Positions 18,245 through 27,107 of a stretch of DNA of 64,000 nucleotides are shown here, one piece after another (position 1 is the first letter of the stretch; each line of letters begins with the position of its first letter). The DNA comes from a phage: the sequence record PV419677.1; one strand, written 5' to 3'. Made by a program: the position numbers and the translations under genes. The notes beneath the pieces were generated by a model. The model was not told where the DNA came from. It made no database searches and was given only the letters and a program-made list of their open reading frames with translations.

Positions 18245-18508
18245 TTACGCTTTACCGCCAGAAACAATACCAAAGGTATCAAAATCCCATTCAATATTGT
18301 CAACATCAACTTTCTTACCAGCAACCACGAATGCGATTTCGCGGCGTTTTGCATAGGTAACAATTTCTTTACCATCGCCGCCAAAGAAAGAATAACCATT
18401 GCGCTTCATGGTGCCAAAGTCTTCAGCATCACCAGCGAAGGCGCGGACTTTAAAAGCACCGGTAGGAGCTTTAGCAGATTCAGTAATAAATTCTTGATAA
18501 GTTTTCAT
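18245..18508 (-). CDS. internal-protein-like (capsid-targeting N-terminus)
   Basis: from MKTYQEFITES: matches the T4 internal-protein N-terminal targeting sequence with an I-T-E cleavage motif. Confidence 0.6.
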   Translation of the reverse strand: MKTYQEFITESAKAPTGAFKVRAFAGDAEDFGTMKRNGYSFFGGDGKEIVTYAKRREIAFVVAGKKVDVDNIEWDFDTFGIVSGGKA

Positions 18509-18556
18509 TTTATATTCCATTGTTTGGTTGATAAAATCATTATACAACCTTTTTAG

Positions 18557-18973
18557 TTAAGCGTACACAGCTTTCCCATAGTATTTGTACCAGGTAGGCT
18601 TTTGAGAAATTTTCTCATTCAGTCTGGCTTGACTGATTTCAATTGACCAGATTGATGGTTGATAATCATTTTTCCATTCATCAGGAATATCACTTAAATC
18701 TTGGGTAGAAATATCTTTTATGTTAAACCCTCGCTTTAAACATTCTGCAATAAGTTCTTGATGACGGTTTTTAAGGAACAAAAGTTTATCATAAAAGAAG
18801 GTAACATGACCAGTCCCTAAAAGAAAAGATGATGGAATTTTAAAGTCAGAAACCTTTTTACCATTTTGCACATGCTTACGAACAGCGCCAAAAACGCGAG
18901 GAAGTTCACGATATTCAGCCATAAGATGTTGGTCAGCAAGTTCAGATACCAGGGTTAAATTAATGCGAGTCAT
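18557..18973 (-). CDS. denV: endonuclease V (pyrimidine dimer glycosylase)
   Basis: 138 aa; [35 protein letters not shown] matches T4 DenV as recalled. Confidence 0.85.
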   Translation of the reverse strand: MTRINLTLVSELADQHLMAEYRELPRVFGAVRKHVQNGKKVSDFKIPSSFLLGTGHVTFFYDKLLFLKNRHQELIAECLKRGFNIKDISTQDLSDIPDEWKNDYQPSIWSIEISQARLNEKISQKPTWYKYYGKAVYA

Positions 18974-18999
18974 GTTTGTTCTCCGTAGTTGATAGGGTC

Positions 19000-19029
19000 A
19001 TTATAACCCTATCATTTGGAGATGTACAC
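19000..19029 (-). promoter_or_regulatory. early promoter with -10 TATAAT inside a perfect inverted repeat
   Basis: gatagggt-tataat-gaccctatc on the minus strand with GTGTAC about 17 bp 5'. Confidence 0.45.
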
Positions 19030-19517
19030 TAATATGCGTCAAAAGTTCCGGTACGGAACGTTTCTATAACTCGTTTGGCTCGGTTCGGAGTCTGGACTTT
19101 ATACCATCTTGAGTCCGCCAGTTCCTTAGCAGCCGCTTCCCATGATTTAGCCTTCAGAAGTCGCATACCCTTAGGAAAACCAGCAACACCAGCAACACCC
19201 ATCTGGAATACCATATTAATGAGTGCACAACGACGAACTTCATCAAGTACATCATAAACAGGTTTTAAGACAGGGTGTCTCAAGATTCCGGCTTTAGCTT
19301 TTTCGACCGAACGATTAAACAATGTTTCAGCTTCGTGTTGGGTTATACGGCCATTACAGACACGACCCATGAGCTTGTCGAGCTCGGCGCGAGCGACATC
19401 TTTAGATGGGTTCTTAGTTATCAGTTGCCCGATACCAATGGTCCAATAGCCTTCAGTATCTTTATACAAATCCAACTTACAACCTTCATCTATGCGTAAC
19501 ATTTCGAATATATTCAT
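19029..19517 (-). CDS. e: lysozyme (endolysin)
   Basis: 162 aa; [37 protein letters not shown] matches T4 lysozyme. Confidence 0.95.
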   Translation of the reverse strand: MNIFEMLRIDEGCKLDLYKDTEGYWTIGIGQLITKNPSKDVARAELDKLMGRVCNGRITQHEAETLFNRSVEKAKAGILRHPVLKPVYDVLDEVRRCALINMVFQMGVAGVAGFPKGMRLLKAKSWEAAAKELADSRWYKVQTPNRAKRVIETFRTGTFDAY

Positions 19518-19550
19518 AATACCCCCTTATATAGGGGTATTTATTATCCG
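19518..19550 (-). promoter_or_regulatory. hairpin covering the e ribosome-binding site
   Basis: ccccttatatagggg inverted repeat immediately 5' of the e ATG. Confidence 0.45.
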
Positions 19551-20002
19551 AAAATTTGAGTCATTACCTTGTACATCGATTTACCCATCACATACTGCCA
19601 TTGACTCGGTTTAATCAAAGCAAATGCATCGAACTCTGGAACCGAACTACCATCCGGAAAGGTATGATAGGCAGAGCATTTACTATGTCTGAACTGCTCA
19701 TGCTCGACCGGAACCGTGTACAAAAACAGGTGAAGGTTTTTATTATCTGAATAACGGAACTCACCCAGGTCCTTTAAGAATGCTGGGTCATATTGGGTAA
19801 ACCCAGTTTCTTCTTCGCATTCACGGATAGCAGCTTCAATCGGGGATTCACATGCTTCAACATGACCCTTAGGGATGTCCCATTTGTGCGCAGGCATACC
19901 TGGTTTACGAGAACCGGTAACACGACCCATGAACAACTCTTTATCTTCAGTCATGAAAATAATGCCAGCAGATAATTCTTTCACCTTGTTTTTCTTACTC
20001 AT
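19544..20002 (-). CDS. nudE: Nudix hydrolase
   Basis: Nudix box GHVEACESPIEAAIRECEEETG; ATG at 20002 chosen (152 aa). Confidence 0.8.
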   Translation of the reverse strand: MSKKNKVKELSAGIIFMTEDKELFMGRVTGSRKPGMPAHKWDIPKGHVEACESPIEAAIRECEEETGFTQYDPAFLKDLGEFRYSDNKNLHLFLYTVPVEHEQFRHSKCSAYHTFPDGSSVPEFDAFALIKPSQWQYVMGKSMYKVMTQIFG

Positions 20003-20231
20003 CGTCGCGCTTCCAAGATTTTTTAAAGATTTCGGCCATAATAGTTTCAACGCATGTTTCTGTTGATGGGCTTTCACTATCAGTTATTCGAACCATATAG
20101 TCGGAAATTGGTCGGAACATATCCAAGTCAGTTTCTAAATCATCTTTGATTTTCTCTTCTGATGTACCTGTATCATAGGAATACAGATAAGAATCACACG
20201 ACTCTGATTTAATATAAATTGCAATACTCAT
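19995..20231 (-). CDS. hypothetical acidic protein
   Basis: ORF track, 78 aa. Confidence 0.5.
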   Translation of the reverse strand: MSIAIYIKSESCDSYLYSYDTGTSEEKIKDDLETDLDMFRPISDYMVRITDSESPSTETCVETIMAEIFKKSWKRDDE

Positions 20232-20815
20232 TTACGGCATTCCTCAATAAAAGAGTTCAATGTATTTTTCTTGGCGATATCGTCGTATACCTTTTTAACT
20301 TTAGAAATACGAAAAGGTACTTCAATAACCATAGTCCATAAAAGTGATGCAATAAGTCCAACAGCAGCAGAAGAAACGCACGCGCCCATTACAGCTACAG
20401 GTGCTTCATTTTTACCTGTCAGGAAAAACCACAGGATTGGTAAAAATAAGATTCCAGCCCATGCATAAAATCTGGAACAAATTAACTTATCAAATTCATC
20501 TTTCCAGGTACGAAATCCATATTTCTTGCTATAAGAAATTAATGGGTCTGGTGTCTGTTCTTTGAGTGGTTCTGGTTGATGCCCATTAATGATGTATCCC
20601 ATTTTATATTCCTTAATTAAAAGCTCTTTCATATGACGATTGCATCGCGACCAATCAACATTTTCAACCTTGATTCCTTCATCACCATCATCAAGGTTTG
20701 CCCAATATTTTTTGGTAATCATAAATTCATCTCTTGATACAATTATACCTGCATTTTCTGCCCGCCGGATGAAGTTTACATCAACACCCATACAGCCAGG
20801 TTCATAAAGGGCCAT
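20228..20815 (-). CDS. membrane protein with FIEECRK tail
   Basis: 195 aa; two hydrophobic helices near the C-terminus. Confidence 0.55.
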   Translation of the reverse strand: MALYEPGCMGVDVNFIRRAENAGIIVSRDEFMITKKYWANLDDGDEGIKVENVDWSRCNRHMKELLIKEYKMGYIINGHQPEPLKEQTPDPLISYSKKYGFRTWKDEFDKLICSRFYAWAGILFLPILWFFLTGKNEAPVAVMGACVSSAAVGLIASLLWTMVIEVPFRISKVKKVYDDIAKKNTLNSFIEECRK

Positions 20816-21558
20816 TACCAGCCCTCCATGGGGAATTCCAGATATACTTGAGCATTAACGCGGATTTCATTTGTAATCTTTTTAACACGGTCGGTATTAC
20901 GAGACACACGACCAAACCAGCGCCAGCCGTTACTTACTGCGCGGGAACCTGTATGCCATGTCTGCCAATCAAACTGGAGCAACGTGCGGTCAGGAGCATC
21001 CCACTTAGTTAATTCATTGGACTCAATTTTTTCCAGAACTTCTTTATGCCACTGTCGATAGATAAGTTCACCATCAGGAATCTGACTAAATTGCGCAGTT
21101 CCTGTTGCAAAATAAGTAGGACACACATCAGCGTTAACAAGACCAAGAATATGTTCAGAATGGTAACGAGGATTATCATAATCAGGTTGTCCTGCGGTAA
21201 TAAAGTGTCGACCAACCGGAATATCTGGGCGTGGTACATCATCATGGTGATAACCTGGGATAGCAGGATACCAACCAGGCATCAGCATATGAACCCGGGA
21301 ATCAAATACAACCTGGTCAGTGTTCCAATCATCCGGCAGACTCATGATAAAGCTACGAGTAATAGGACCGCCATTGTCAAAAGCGAAAGCCAATGAGCTG
21401 TTGAAGAACATAGTTTCGTTTTTGATTTTATCATTAGAAATTTTACCAGCGAAACTACCTACTGCATGAGCTTGGGAATTAAAAGTTTTTGGACCGTTCA
21501 TAATATTTTCCTCATTGATTGTGGGACCATTGTGTCGTAGTCCCACTTGGATATACAC
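20815..21558 (-). CDS. hypothetical protein
   Basis: ORF track, 247 aa. Confidence 0.5.
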   Translation of the reverse strand: MYIQVGLRHNGPTINEENIMNGPKTFNSQAHAVGSFAGKISNDKIKNETMFFNSSLAFAFDNGGPITRSFIMSLPDDWNTDQVVFDSRVHMLMPGWYPAIPGYHHDDVPRPDIPVGRHFITAGQPDYDNPRYHSEHILGLVNADVCPTYFATGTAQFSQIPDGELIYRQWHKEVLEKIESNELTKWDAPDRTLLQFDWQTWHTGSRAVSNGWRWFGRVSRNTDRVKKITNEIRVNAQVYLEFPMEGW

Positions 21559-21560
21559 AA

Positions 21561-22541
21561 TTATTTTTCGAAAGGACGAATTAAATGTTGGTTAGCCTTG
21601 AAACGTTTAACATAGTCTTCGTGACCCAGGGTGTTGTACATATTAACCACTTCCTGGTAATGTTCCCAGGCATACTCGCGGAACCATCCAGAAGTAATGG
21701 AGGTACAGACTTTTTCTAGTGCAATATGGAAGCTCACGGATGGAGAAATATTGAACTCATTAGGAACCTGCGAACGCTCCAGAGCAAGTACACATGCTTC
21801 TTCATAAACCCCAGCCAGTTTAATAATCTCAGGGAGTGCTTCAAATTTTTCACGCGAGGTCATAACTTCTGAATTATCCTTCATATAGAACTTATATGCA
21901 GGCTTATCAGCAAGCGCCACGGCCTCGTGGATGGAGTCATGGTCAAGGGTATAGATTGTATCATTAAAGAAAGCTTTCTTATCCACGTCTAGTTTAGGGT
22001 GGCTATATGACAATGTTTCTGCCTGGCGCTGCAGCATGATTTTATGCAGTTCGTCATTAAGAACAACCCCCTTATTGCGAAGGTAATTAATATGACTCAT
22101 GGTCTTCAGGAAGAATGGATTGTTCTTCAGGTAACGATGAGACAATTTAATTGCCAGACAAATATCAGGAGTCGCCCAATAGAAACCAGATAGACGGTCT
22201 TTCTGAATATTTGCCTTCGCATATTTGAGTAAACGATAACTGGAGGTAAAATCTTCCTCTTGTAGCTCATCAGTCAGCTCACGAACACTTGTCAATGCGC
22301 GGACGATGTACGCTTCAAAATAGGTTTCTTTACCATTGTGCATACATTTAAAAGCTTGAACATCTGGGTTATCCACATGCACATGTTGTCCCATCATCTG
22401 GGTTTTAAAGCTATTCCAGGAGCCCTGGTCAGCGATAAAGTCCCAATCAGAGTTTTCAATTTTCTGACTTTCAATCAGACCAGCGTTATGTAATGCACGA
22501 GAACCAATAACTAACATCATAATATTTTCCTCAAATAACAC
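21561..22541 (-). CDS. hypothetical protein, possible nucleotidyltransferase-like N-terminus
   Basis: VIGSRALHNAGLIESQKIENSDWDFIA (GS..DxD-like, atypical spacing). Confidence 0.5.
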   Translation of the reverse strand: MLFEENIMMLVIGSRALHNAGLIESQKIENSDWDFIADQGSWNSFKTQMMGQHVHVDNPDVQAFKCMHNGKETYFEAYIVRALTSVRELTDELQEEDFTSSYRLLKYAKANIQKDRLSGFYWATPDICLAIKLSHRYLKNNPFFLKTMSHINYLRNKGVVLNDELHKIMLQRQAETLSYSHPKLDVDKKAFFNDTIYTLDHDSIHEAVALADKPAYKFYMKDNSEVMTSREKFEALPEIIKLAGVYEEACVLALERSQVPNEFNISPSVSFHIALEKVCTSITSGWFREYAWEHYQEVVNMYNTLGHEDYVKRFKANQHLIRPFEK

Positions 22542-22772
22542 TTAAATTTCAGCAGCAGAGATATTAGATTCATCTATCATCTCAGAGGCGGACCCCTTAA
22601 CGATAGGAACCAATTTGCCATAGAGGTCTTCATTGTAAGGGTCGTTGATACAGTGTGCATCTTCAAAACAAACACCGTAATCAGACTTCTTATAAACGAG
22701 ACCGTAAATCTTTGTAAACTTAGCACGACTAATTTTTACAGGCTCATCAGTCATTGGGGCGTAATACCACAT
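22542..22772 (-). CDS. hypothetical protein
   Basis: ORF track, 76 aa. Confidence 0.5.
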   Translation of the reverse strand: MWYYAPMTDEPVKISRAKFTKIYGLVYKKSDYGVCFEDAHCINDPYNEDLYGKLVPIVKGSASEMIDESNISAAEI

Positions 22773-22875
22773 AATGTTTTCCTCATTAGTTGACGAAATA
22801 ATGATACTACATTTCTTTAGGCTTGTACACTAAATTTCTGCACATAAGTCCTCCTACCACATCCGTGTGGCTAAA

Positions 22876-23103
22876 TTATTTTCCCAACGAAATACGAGTA
22901 GGTTTTTTGCCAAAATATTCTTCATAAGAACCATCTAAACGACCTGCTTTAGACCGACAATATGAATCATACTTTTTATAATAGGTCAACTCGGTATTAT
23001 AACGTGGGTGTCTATCAGCCATAATAATACTTAACGGCCAACCTTTGGCATAATCGCGAAGACCATTTATTTTACGAATGTATCTTTTCTTTAATTTTAG
23101 CAT
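22876..23103 (-). CDS. small basic protein
   Basis: ORF track, 75 aa. Confidence 0.45.
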   Translation of the reverse strand: MLKLKKRYIRKINGLRDYAKGWPLSIIMADRHPRYNTELTYYKKYDSYCRSKAGRLDGSYEEYFGKKPTRISLGK

Positions 23104-23321
23104 GAGCTCGGGTACCAGATTTTACCATCGGAGCGAGCAACGAAGGTACGACCAGCTTCTTCACCATAACAAGAGCTATTCAGCCAATCTTCAAGACGAA
23201 CTTCACCGTCGTAATCATCTAGCTCAACACCAAAATCTTGAGCGTTAGCCATATCTTTTACTTTCTTATACAGCGCAGCCAGTTCAAGAGCTGCTTTTTC
23301 CAATTCATTAATATTAGACAT
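23097..23321 (-). CDS. small acidic protein, W-x-S-S-C tail family, member 1
   Basis: 74 aa; ends GKIWYPSSC. Confidence 0.6.
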   Translation of the reverse strand: MSNINELEKAALELAALYKKVKDMANAQDFGVELDDYDGEVRLEDWLNSSCYGEEAGRTFVARSDGKIWYPSSC

Positions 23322-23330
23322 TTTTATTCC

Positions 23331-23561
23331 TTAGCAAGACATAGAGGAGTTAAACCAGAAACCCTGGCCATCATTGATGCCATAATCACTGCGAATCCAG
23401 TCATATTCTTCATATTCTTCGCTAGAAGCCGGAATATAACGTTGGAAACGGTCTGCGGCGTGTAAATTAAAAATTTCACCGGTTTTATCGGCTAACTGCT
23501 CACCTTCACAGATTAGTGCACGGATTTGGTCTTCAATTTCTTTAACAGTTTTAGTAGTCAT
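23331..23561 (-). CDS. small acidic protein, W-x-S-S-C tail family, member 2
   Basis: 76 aa; ends GFWFNSSMSC. Confidence 0.6.
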   Translation of the reverse strand: MTTKTVKEIEDQIRALICEGEQLADKTGEIFNLHAADRFQRYIPASSEEYEEYDWIRSDYGINDGQGFWFNSSMSC

Positions 23562-23570
23562 TTTATAACC

Positions 23571-23768
23571 TTAGCATTCATAAGAGGAGGACACCCAAGA
23601 GGTACCGCTAATAGTAATACAACCATTATAAAGCGTAATATGTTGTTCCAGATTACGCTGACCGTCAATATAGATATCAGCTTCTTCGCGTTCTTCTTTG
23701 CAAATCTGGATAACGTTTTCAATAGCTGCCGCGGCAGTACGGATTGCACAATCTAATTCACGAGACAT
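23571..23768 (-). CDS. small acidic protein, W-x-S-S-C tail family, member 3
   Basis: from MSRELD; ends TSWVSSSYEC. Confidence 0.6.
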   Translation of the reverse strand: MSRELDCAIRTAAAAIENVIQICKEEREEADIYIDGQRNLEQHITLYNGCITISGTSWVSSSYEC

Positions 23769-23776
23769 ATAATTCC

Positions 23777-24058
23777 TTAACATTCAGAAGAGGAGGACAC
23801 CCAACCGCCATTTTCTAGGTCGGTTGTGTAGTCATGAGTATTAACAATAGCCCATTCAGGATGACCATCTTCTTCCCAATGAGCAAGGTCAGCTTTCAAG
23901 GCGCCAGGAGAATAATAGTCACCGCCCATACCGCGAGCAGGGTATATATTAAAATGAGTCTCATATTTGTCTGCAATTTCCTCAGCACGGCGAATGGCTT
24001 CATGGATTTCTTTTACTGCGGCCAGAAGCTCTGGTTGGTTATGGTTATCATTCATCAT
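23777..24058 (-). CDS. small acidic protein, W-x-S-S-C tail family, member 4
   Basis: from MMNDNH; ends GGWVSSSSEC. Confidence 0.6.
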   Translation of the reverse strand: MMNDNHNQPELLAAVKEIHEAIRRAEEIADKYETHFNIYPARGMGGDYYSPGALKADLAHWEEDGHPEWAIVNTHDYTTDLENGGWVSSSSEC

Positions 24059-24059
24059 A

Positions 24060-24350
24060 TTAGCACACCTCAGAAGAGGAAACCCATGCACCAACAGTAA
24101 CAACACCGTTTTCAACTCGCCCGCCGTTGTTTTCAATATGGTGAGCAAACCATTCAGAACATTCATAACCAACTGGATGATATGTACGGCCGGTGCCATA
24201 ATCGCCAGTGCTGAATTCAATACCGTACTTGTCGGCAATTTCTTCACATTTGGATTCGATGGTGTCTACTTTACTCAACAGGTCATAGATGGCTTTTTCT
24301 GCAGATTTCTCGTCGGTGTATCCAGGGATTTCAATTTCAATTTTATTCAT
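24060..24350 (-). CDS. small acidic protein, W-x-S-S-C tail family, member 5
   Basis: 96 aa; ends GAWVSSSEVC. Confidence 0.6.
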   Translation of the reverse strand: MNKIEIEIPGYTDEKSAEKAIYDLLSKVDTIESKCEEIADKYGIEFSTGDYGTGRTYHPVGYECSEWFAHHIENNGGRVENGVVTVGAWVSSSEVC

Positions 24351-24700
24351 GATTTACATTCCTTAATAAAGGTTTCAAGGTCATTACGTTTTGTTTTGTC
24401 TAGGAACTTATTATACTCAGCCATTGCCAAAGCGTATCTCTTCCGGCTAGGAGCATTCACGGCGTTTGTATGACAGATATCATACACAACAGGGATAAAA
24501 TAAGCCACAACAGCCGGAGCGATTATCATAAAGAACCCCATCTCAATAGGCATGACTCCCTCGATTGCAGCCATAACCGTGGTCATTACCAGACCAACCA
24601 AACCACCGAGCATGGCGGTGACAATTCCCAATAATAAATTGCCGCCAATATCATATTCAGCCAATTGATAAACATGTGATGCAAGACTAGGCCGTTCCAT
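24347..24700 (-). CDS. membrane protein with FIKECKS tail
   Basis: from MERPSL; two hydrophobic helices. Confidence 0.5.
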   Translation of the reverse strand: MERPSLASHVYQLAEYDIGGNLLLGIVTAMLGGLVGLVMTTVMAAIEGVMPIEMGFFMIIAPAVVAYFIPVVYDICHTNAVNAPSRKRYALAMAEYNKFLDKTKRNDLETFIKECKS

Positions 24701-25082
24701 TACGAACCTCCTTAATAAATTCTTCGGCACATTTAATTTTGTGCTCTTCTTGTAGGGAAACACATTTTTGTTCCCACTCTTTAACTCGCCCACGATATCC
24801 TTTATTCATATGATTTTGATGCCACGCATTTATCAATATCATACTCAGGACCGTAATAAAAGGAGCTGCGATTATTAGCGCCCAGGCAACTCCAACACTA
24901 ATGATATCCATATCCCCACAAAGCACCATCATTATAACCCCAACGATGCACATGGACAAAGCTCCAAATGGAGGCATAAGGTCTTTATCAATCTTGTCTG
25001 CGTATACAAATTTTTCTGGTTTACTTGGCAGATATAACGTTCGCATTTTGAACCCCTTTAGCATATTCACGACATTCAGCAA
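24687..25082 (-). CDS. membrane protein with EEFIKEV tail
   Basis: hydrophobic helices; start uncertain (25082 or 25046). Confidence 0.45.
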   Translation of the reverse strand: MLNVVNMLKGFKMRTLYLPSKPEKFVYADKIDKDLMPPFGALSMCIVGVIMMVLCGDMDIISVGVAWALIIAAPFITVLSMILINAWHQNHMNKGYRGRVKEWEQKCVSLQEEHKIKCAEEFIKEVRNGTA

Positions 25083-25593
25083 TAAAACGATTAAGCTTAC
25101 GTTTCCGTTTACGACTCTCTAATGTATACTCAGCCGCCAAATCAAGAAGCTCATCTTTATCATAATTTTTAATATCAGTATAAGCTGGGCGGCGGTCAAC
25201 CATTCCAAATACATCGCCATTCTCTAGCGCCACATAACATACTAAATGGTAATCATCATCGGCCACATTAAGAAGTACGCAATCGTTGCTCTCGTTTAAA
25301 GCATACACTGAATAACGTAGTCCAGCGAATTCTGCTTGTTGGATACTCAGATTTACATCAATAATTTCCAAGGCATCTGCAAAAGAAAGGTCTTCAGCTA
25401 AAGCAAAAATAAAAGGCAATTTTGTAGTATCGCCGCGGCTAGTTGTTCTTCTTAAGAAATCATTGGAATAACCCAGGTCACCACGGATTCTATAAAGAAC
25501 TGTGTTAGTTTCAGTGGCAAGACCGCTCCCACCAAACCAATCTACATTTGATATAAGGTCAGTATATAAGCTCATAATATTCTCCTCTCCCAA
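25021..25593 (-). CDS. hypothetical protein with NRFIAECRE near C-terminus
   Basis: ORF track, 190 aa. Confidence 0.55.
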   Translation of the reverse strand: MGEENIMSLYTDLISNVDWFGGSGLATETNTVLYRIRGDLGYSNDFLRRTTSRGDTTKLPFIFALAEDLSFADALEIIDVNLSIQQAEFAGLRYSVYALNESNDCVLLNVADDDYHLVCYVALENGDVFGMVDRRPAYTDIKNYDKDELLDLAAEYTLESRKRKRKLNRFIAECREYAKGVQNANVISAK

Positions 25594-25617
25594 TTAGGGG
25601 GCAAAGCCCCCTTTATC

Positions 25618-26211
25618 TTACTTAAGTGAATTGATGTATTCTTCAATGTCAGCGGACGTGGTATCCACACCAACCTGTGGGCCTTTGAAGGTTTCAACAC
25701 GCATCAGGGTGTCTTCAATATCAATCTTAGTCAATGCAGCGATTTCAACAACATCATCTGCAGTCGCAATACCCAGGGCAGATACCTTACGGGTTTCGCG
25801 GATGTATTCCAGTTTAACAGCTAGTTCCTGACGAGAATCATCCAGCTCTTTAACTTTCAATTTAATTTCATTACGCATTTCAACATAATCATCGGCCTTC
25901 TTACGAAGTTGTTTAGCAGTGCGGCGATACAGGAGACCCAGTTTAGCATGGACCTGGACATCCGCACCATCAGCAATCAGTTTGCGGATTTCACGCTCTT
26001 TTGAAGCGGCGAGTTGGTCTTTTTCATCGGCCAACGCACGAATGCGTTTTTCTTCATTAACAGACTTAACGTGGGCGGTCTGGAGCTCAGTAATCTTGTC
26101 AATCAGGGTAGAAGCCGCTTGAGTATATTGGTCTTCAATAGACAGGTTTTTTGCCATTGCAGTACCCAGTTTGGAGCGGATGAATTCAACAAGTTTCTTT
26201 AAAGTATTCAT
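25618..26211 (-). CDS. coiled-coil protein (tentatively PspA/IM30-like)
   Basis: 197 aa, heptad-rich charged sequence; similarity to PspA is only an impression. Confidence 0.5.
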   Translation of the reverse strand: MNTLKKLVEFIRSKLGTAMAKNLSIEDQYTQAASTLIDKITELQTAHVKSVNEEKRIRALADEKDQLAASKEREIRKLIADGADVQVHAKLGLLYRRTAKQLRKKADDYVEMRNEIKLKVKELDDSRQELAVKLEYIRETRKVSALGIATADDVVEIAALTKIDIEDTLMRVETFKGPQVGVDTTSADIEEYINSLK

Positions 26212-26286
26212 GGTATTTCCTTCAGTTGGTTAATGTTTTATTATCCAGGGAACATACTATCATGTTCCCAGAGGTATGTAAACATT

Positions 26287-26685
26287 TTATTTCATTTTTG
26301 CGAGGCAGATTTCATTGGCTTCCCATTGAGCTTGCTTAATAATAGCTTTTGATACAGGAACCTTTTGGCCATAAGTTTTTGACGTTGAGAGAACAATATA
26401 TTTGTTTGTCTCATTATGACAACCCCATGATTTTTCGCCATGAGTACCTTTAACTACAGCTGACACCTCAACAGAACAACCATCAGCTCCAATCTTGGTA
26501 TCCACAATCCATTCATTTCGCTTAATTGCTTCTTCCAATGTTGCCGCTTCCGCCATCCAGTGCGTTTCAGGGTCTATTTGTTCAATCTCACGAGTTAACG
26601 CAACTCCCAAGTCTTTTGCATATTTTTGTTGTTCAGGAGTTAATGAGTCATATAACTTTTTCATTTCTTTATCTTCAATATTCAT
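26287..26685 (-). CDS. hypothetical protein
   Basis: from MNIEDKEM (ATG at 26685). Confidence 0.5.
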   Translation of the reverse strand: MNIEDKEMKKLYDSLTPEQQKYAKDLGVALTREIEQIDPETHWMAEAATLEEAIKRNEWIVDTKIGADGCSVEVSAVVKGTHGEKSWGCHNETNKYIVLSTSKTYGQKVPVSKAIIKQAQWEANEICLAKMK

Positions 26686-26719
26686 AATATTTTCCTCAAG
26701 GGGCTTTCGCCCCATTCAT

Positions 26720-27052
26720 TTAGATTTTGTTTTCCTGCACACCATAATAAAGTTCATCAGACACAATATCCAGGATGCGGCGAACATATTCATCATGGTA
26801 TTGGCAGTCAAAATCAAATGCAACAGTAGTTTCCGCTTTGCGAGTGAATTTAACTTGCACATTCAGGTGATTAACAACGTTAGTTAATTTATCAGTAAAG
26901 AACTCTTTTGCTACCGCCTGTTGGACTTGCACTTTAAACTTGGTGTTACGAATCATATTTTCAGCAGATGCGAAATTACCAGTTTTATCAAAGTCAACAA
27001 GTGCCAGGTTGATGATGAATTTCATTTTATTCTCCAGTGTTTTATTGTGCAA
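26720..27052 (-). CDS. hypothetical protein
   Basis: ORF track, 110 aa; preceded by repeat promoter/leader. Confidence 0.5.
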   Translation of the reverse strand: MHNKTLENKMKFIINLALVDFDKTGNFASAENMIRNTKFKVQVQQAVAKEFFTDKLTNVVNHLNVQVKFTRKAETTVAFDFDCQYHDEYVRRILDIVSDELYYGVQENKI

Positions 27053-27066
27053 CTCAGTATGGAATC

Positions 27067-27096
27067 ATTATGCCTTAAAGCAGGGGGCTTGTATAC
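27067..27096 (-). promoter_or_regulatory. sigma70-like early promoter (-35 GTATAC, -10 CATAAT)
   Basis: repeat cassette with CCATACTGAGTTGC leader; GGGGG..CCCCC hairpin just 5'. Confidence 0.4.
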
Positions 27097-27107
27097 CCCC
27101 TTTTTAA

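Noticed and set aside
18117-18356. 79 aa Pro-rich plus-strand ORF across the GC-rich spacer
   Set aside because: Runs antisense into the internal-protein-like gene; composition reflects GC-rich non-coding DNA rather than a protein.
23097-24350. Possible CRISPR-like array suggested by regularly spaced repeats
   Set aside because: The repeats are the C-terminal coding ends of paralogous genes; they vary at synonymous positions and the intervening sequences are full ORFs, not spacers.
23967-24473. 168 aa plus-strand ORF
   Set aside because: Antisense to the acidic paralog array and the neighbouring membrane-protein gene, which are consistently on the minus strand.
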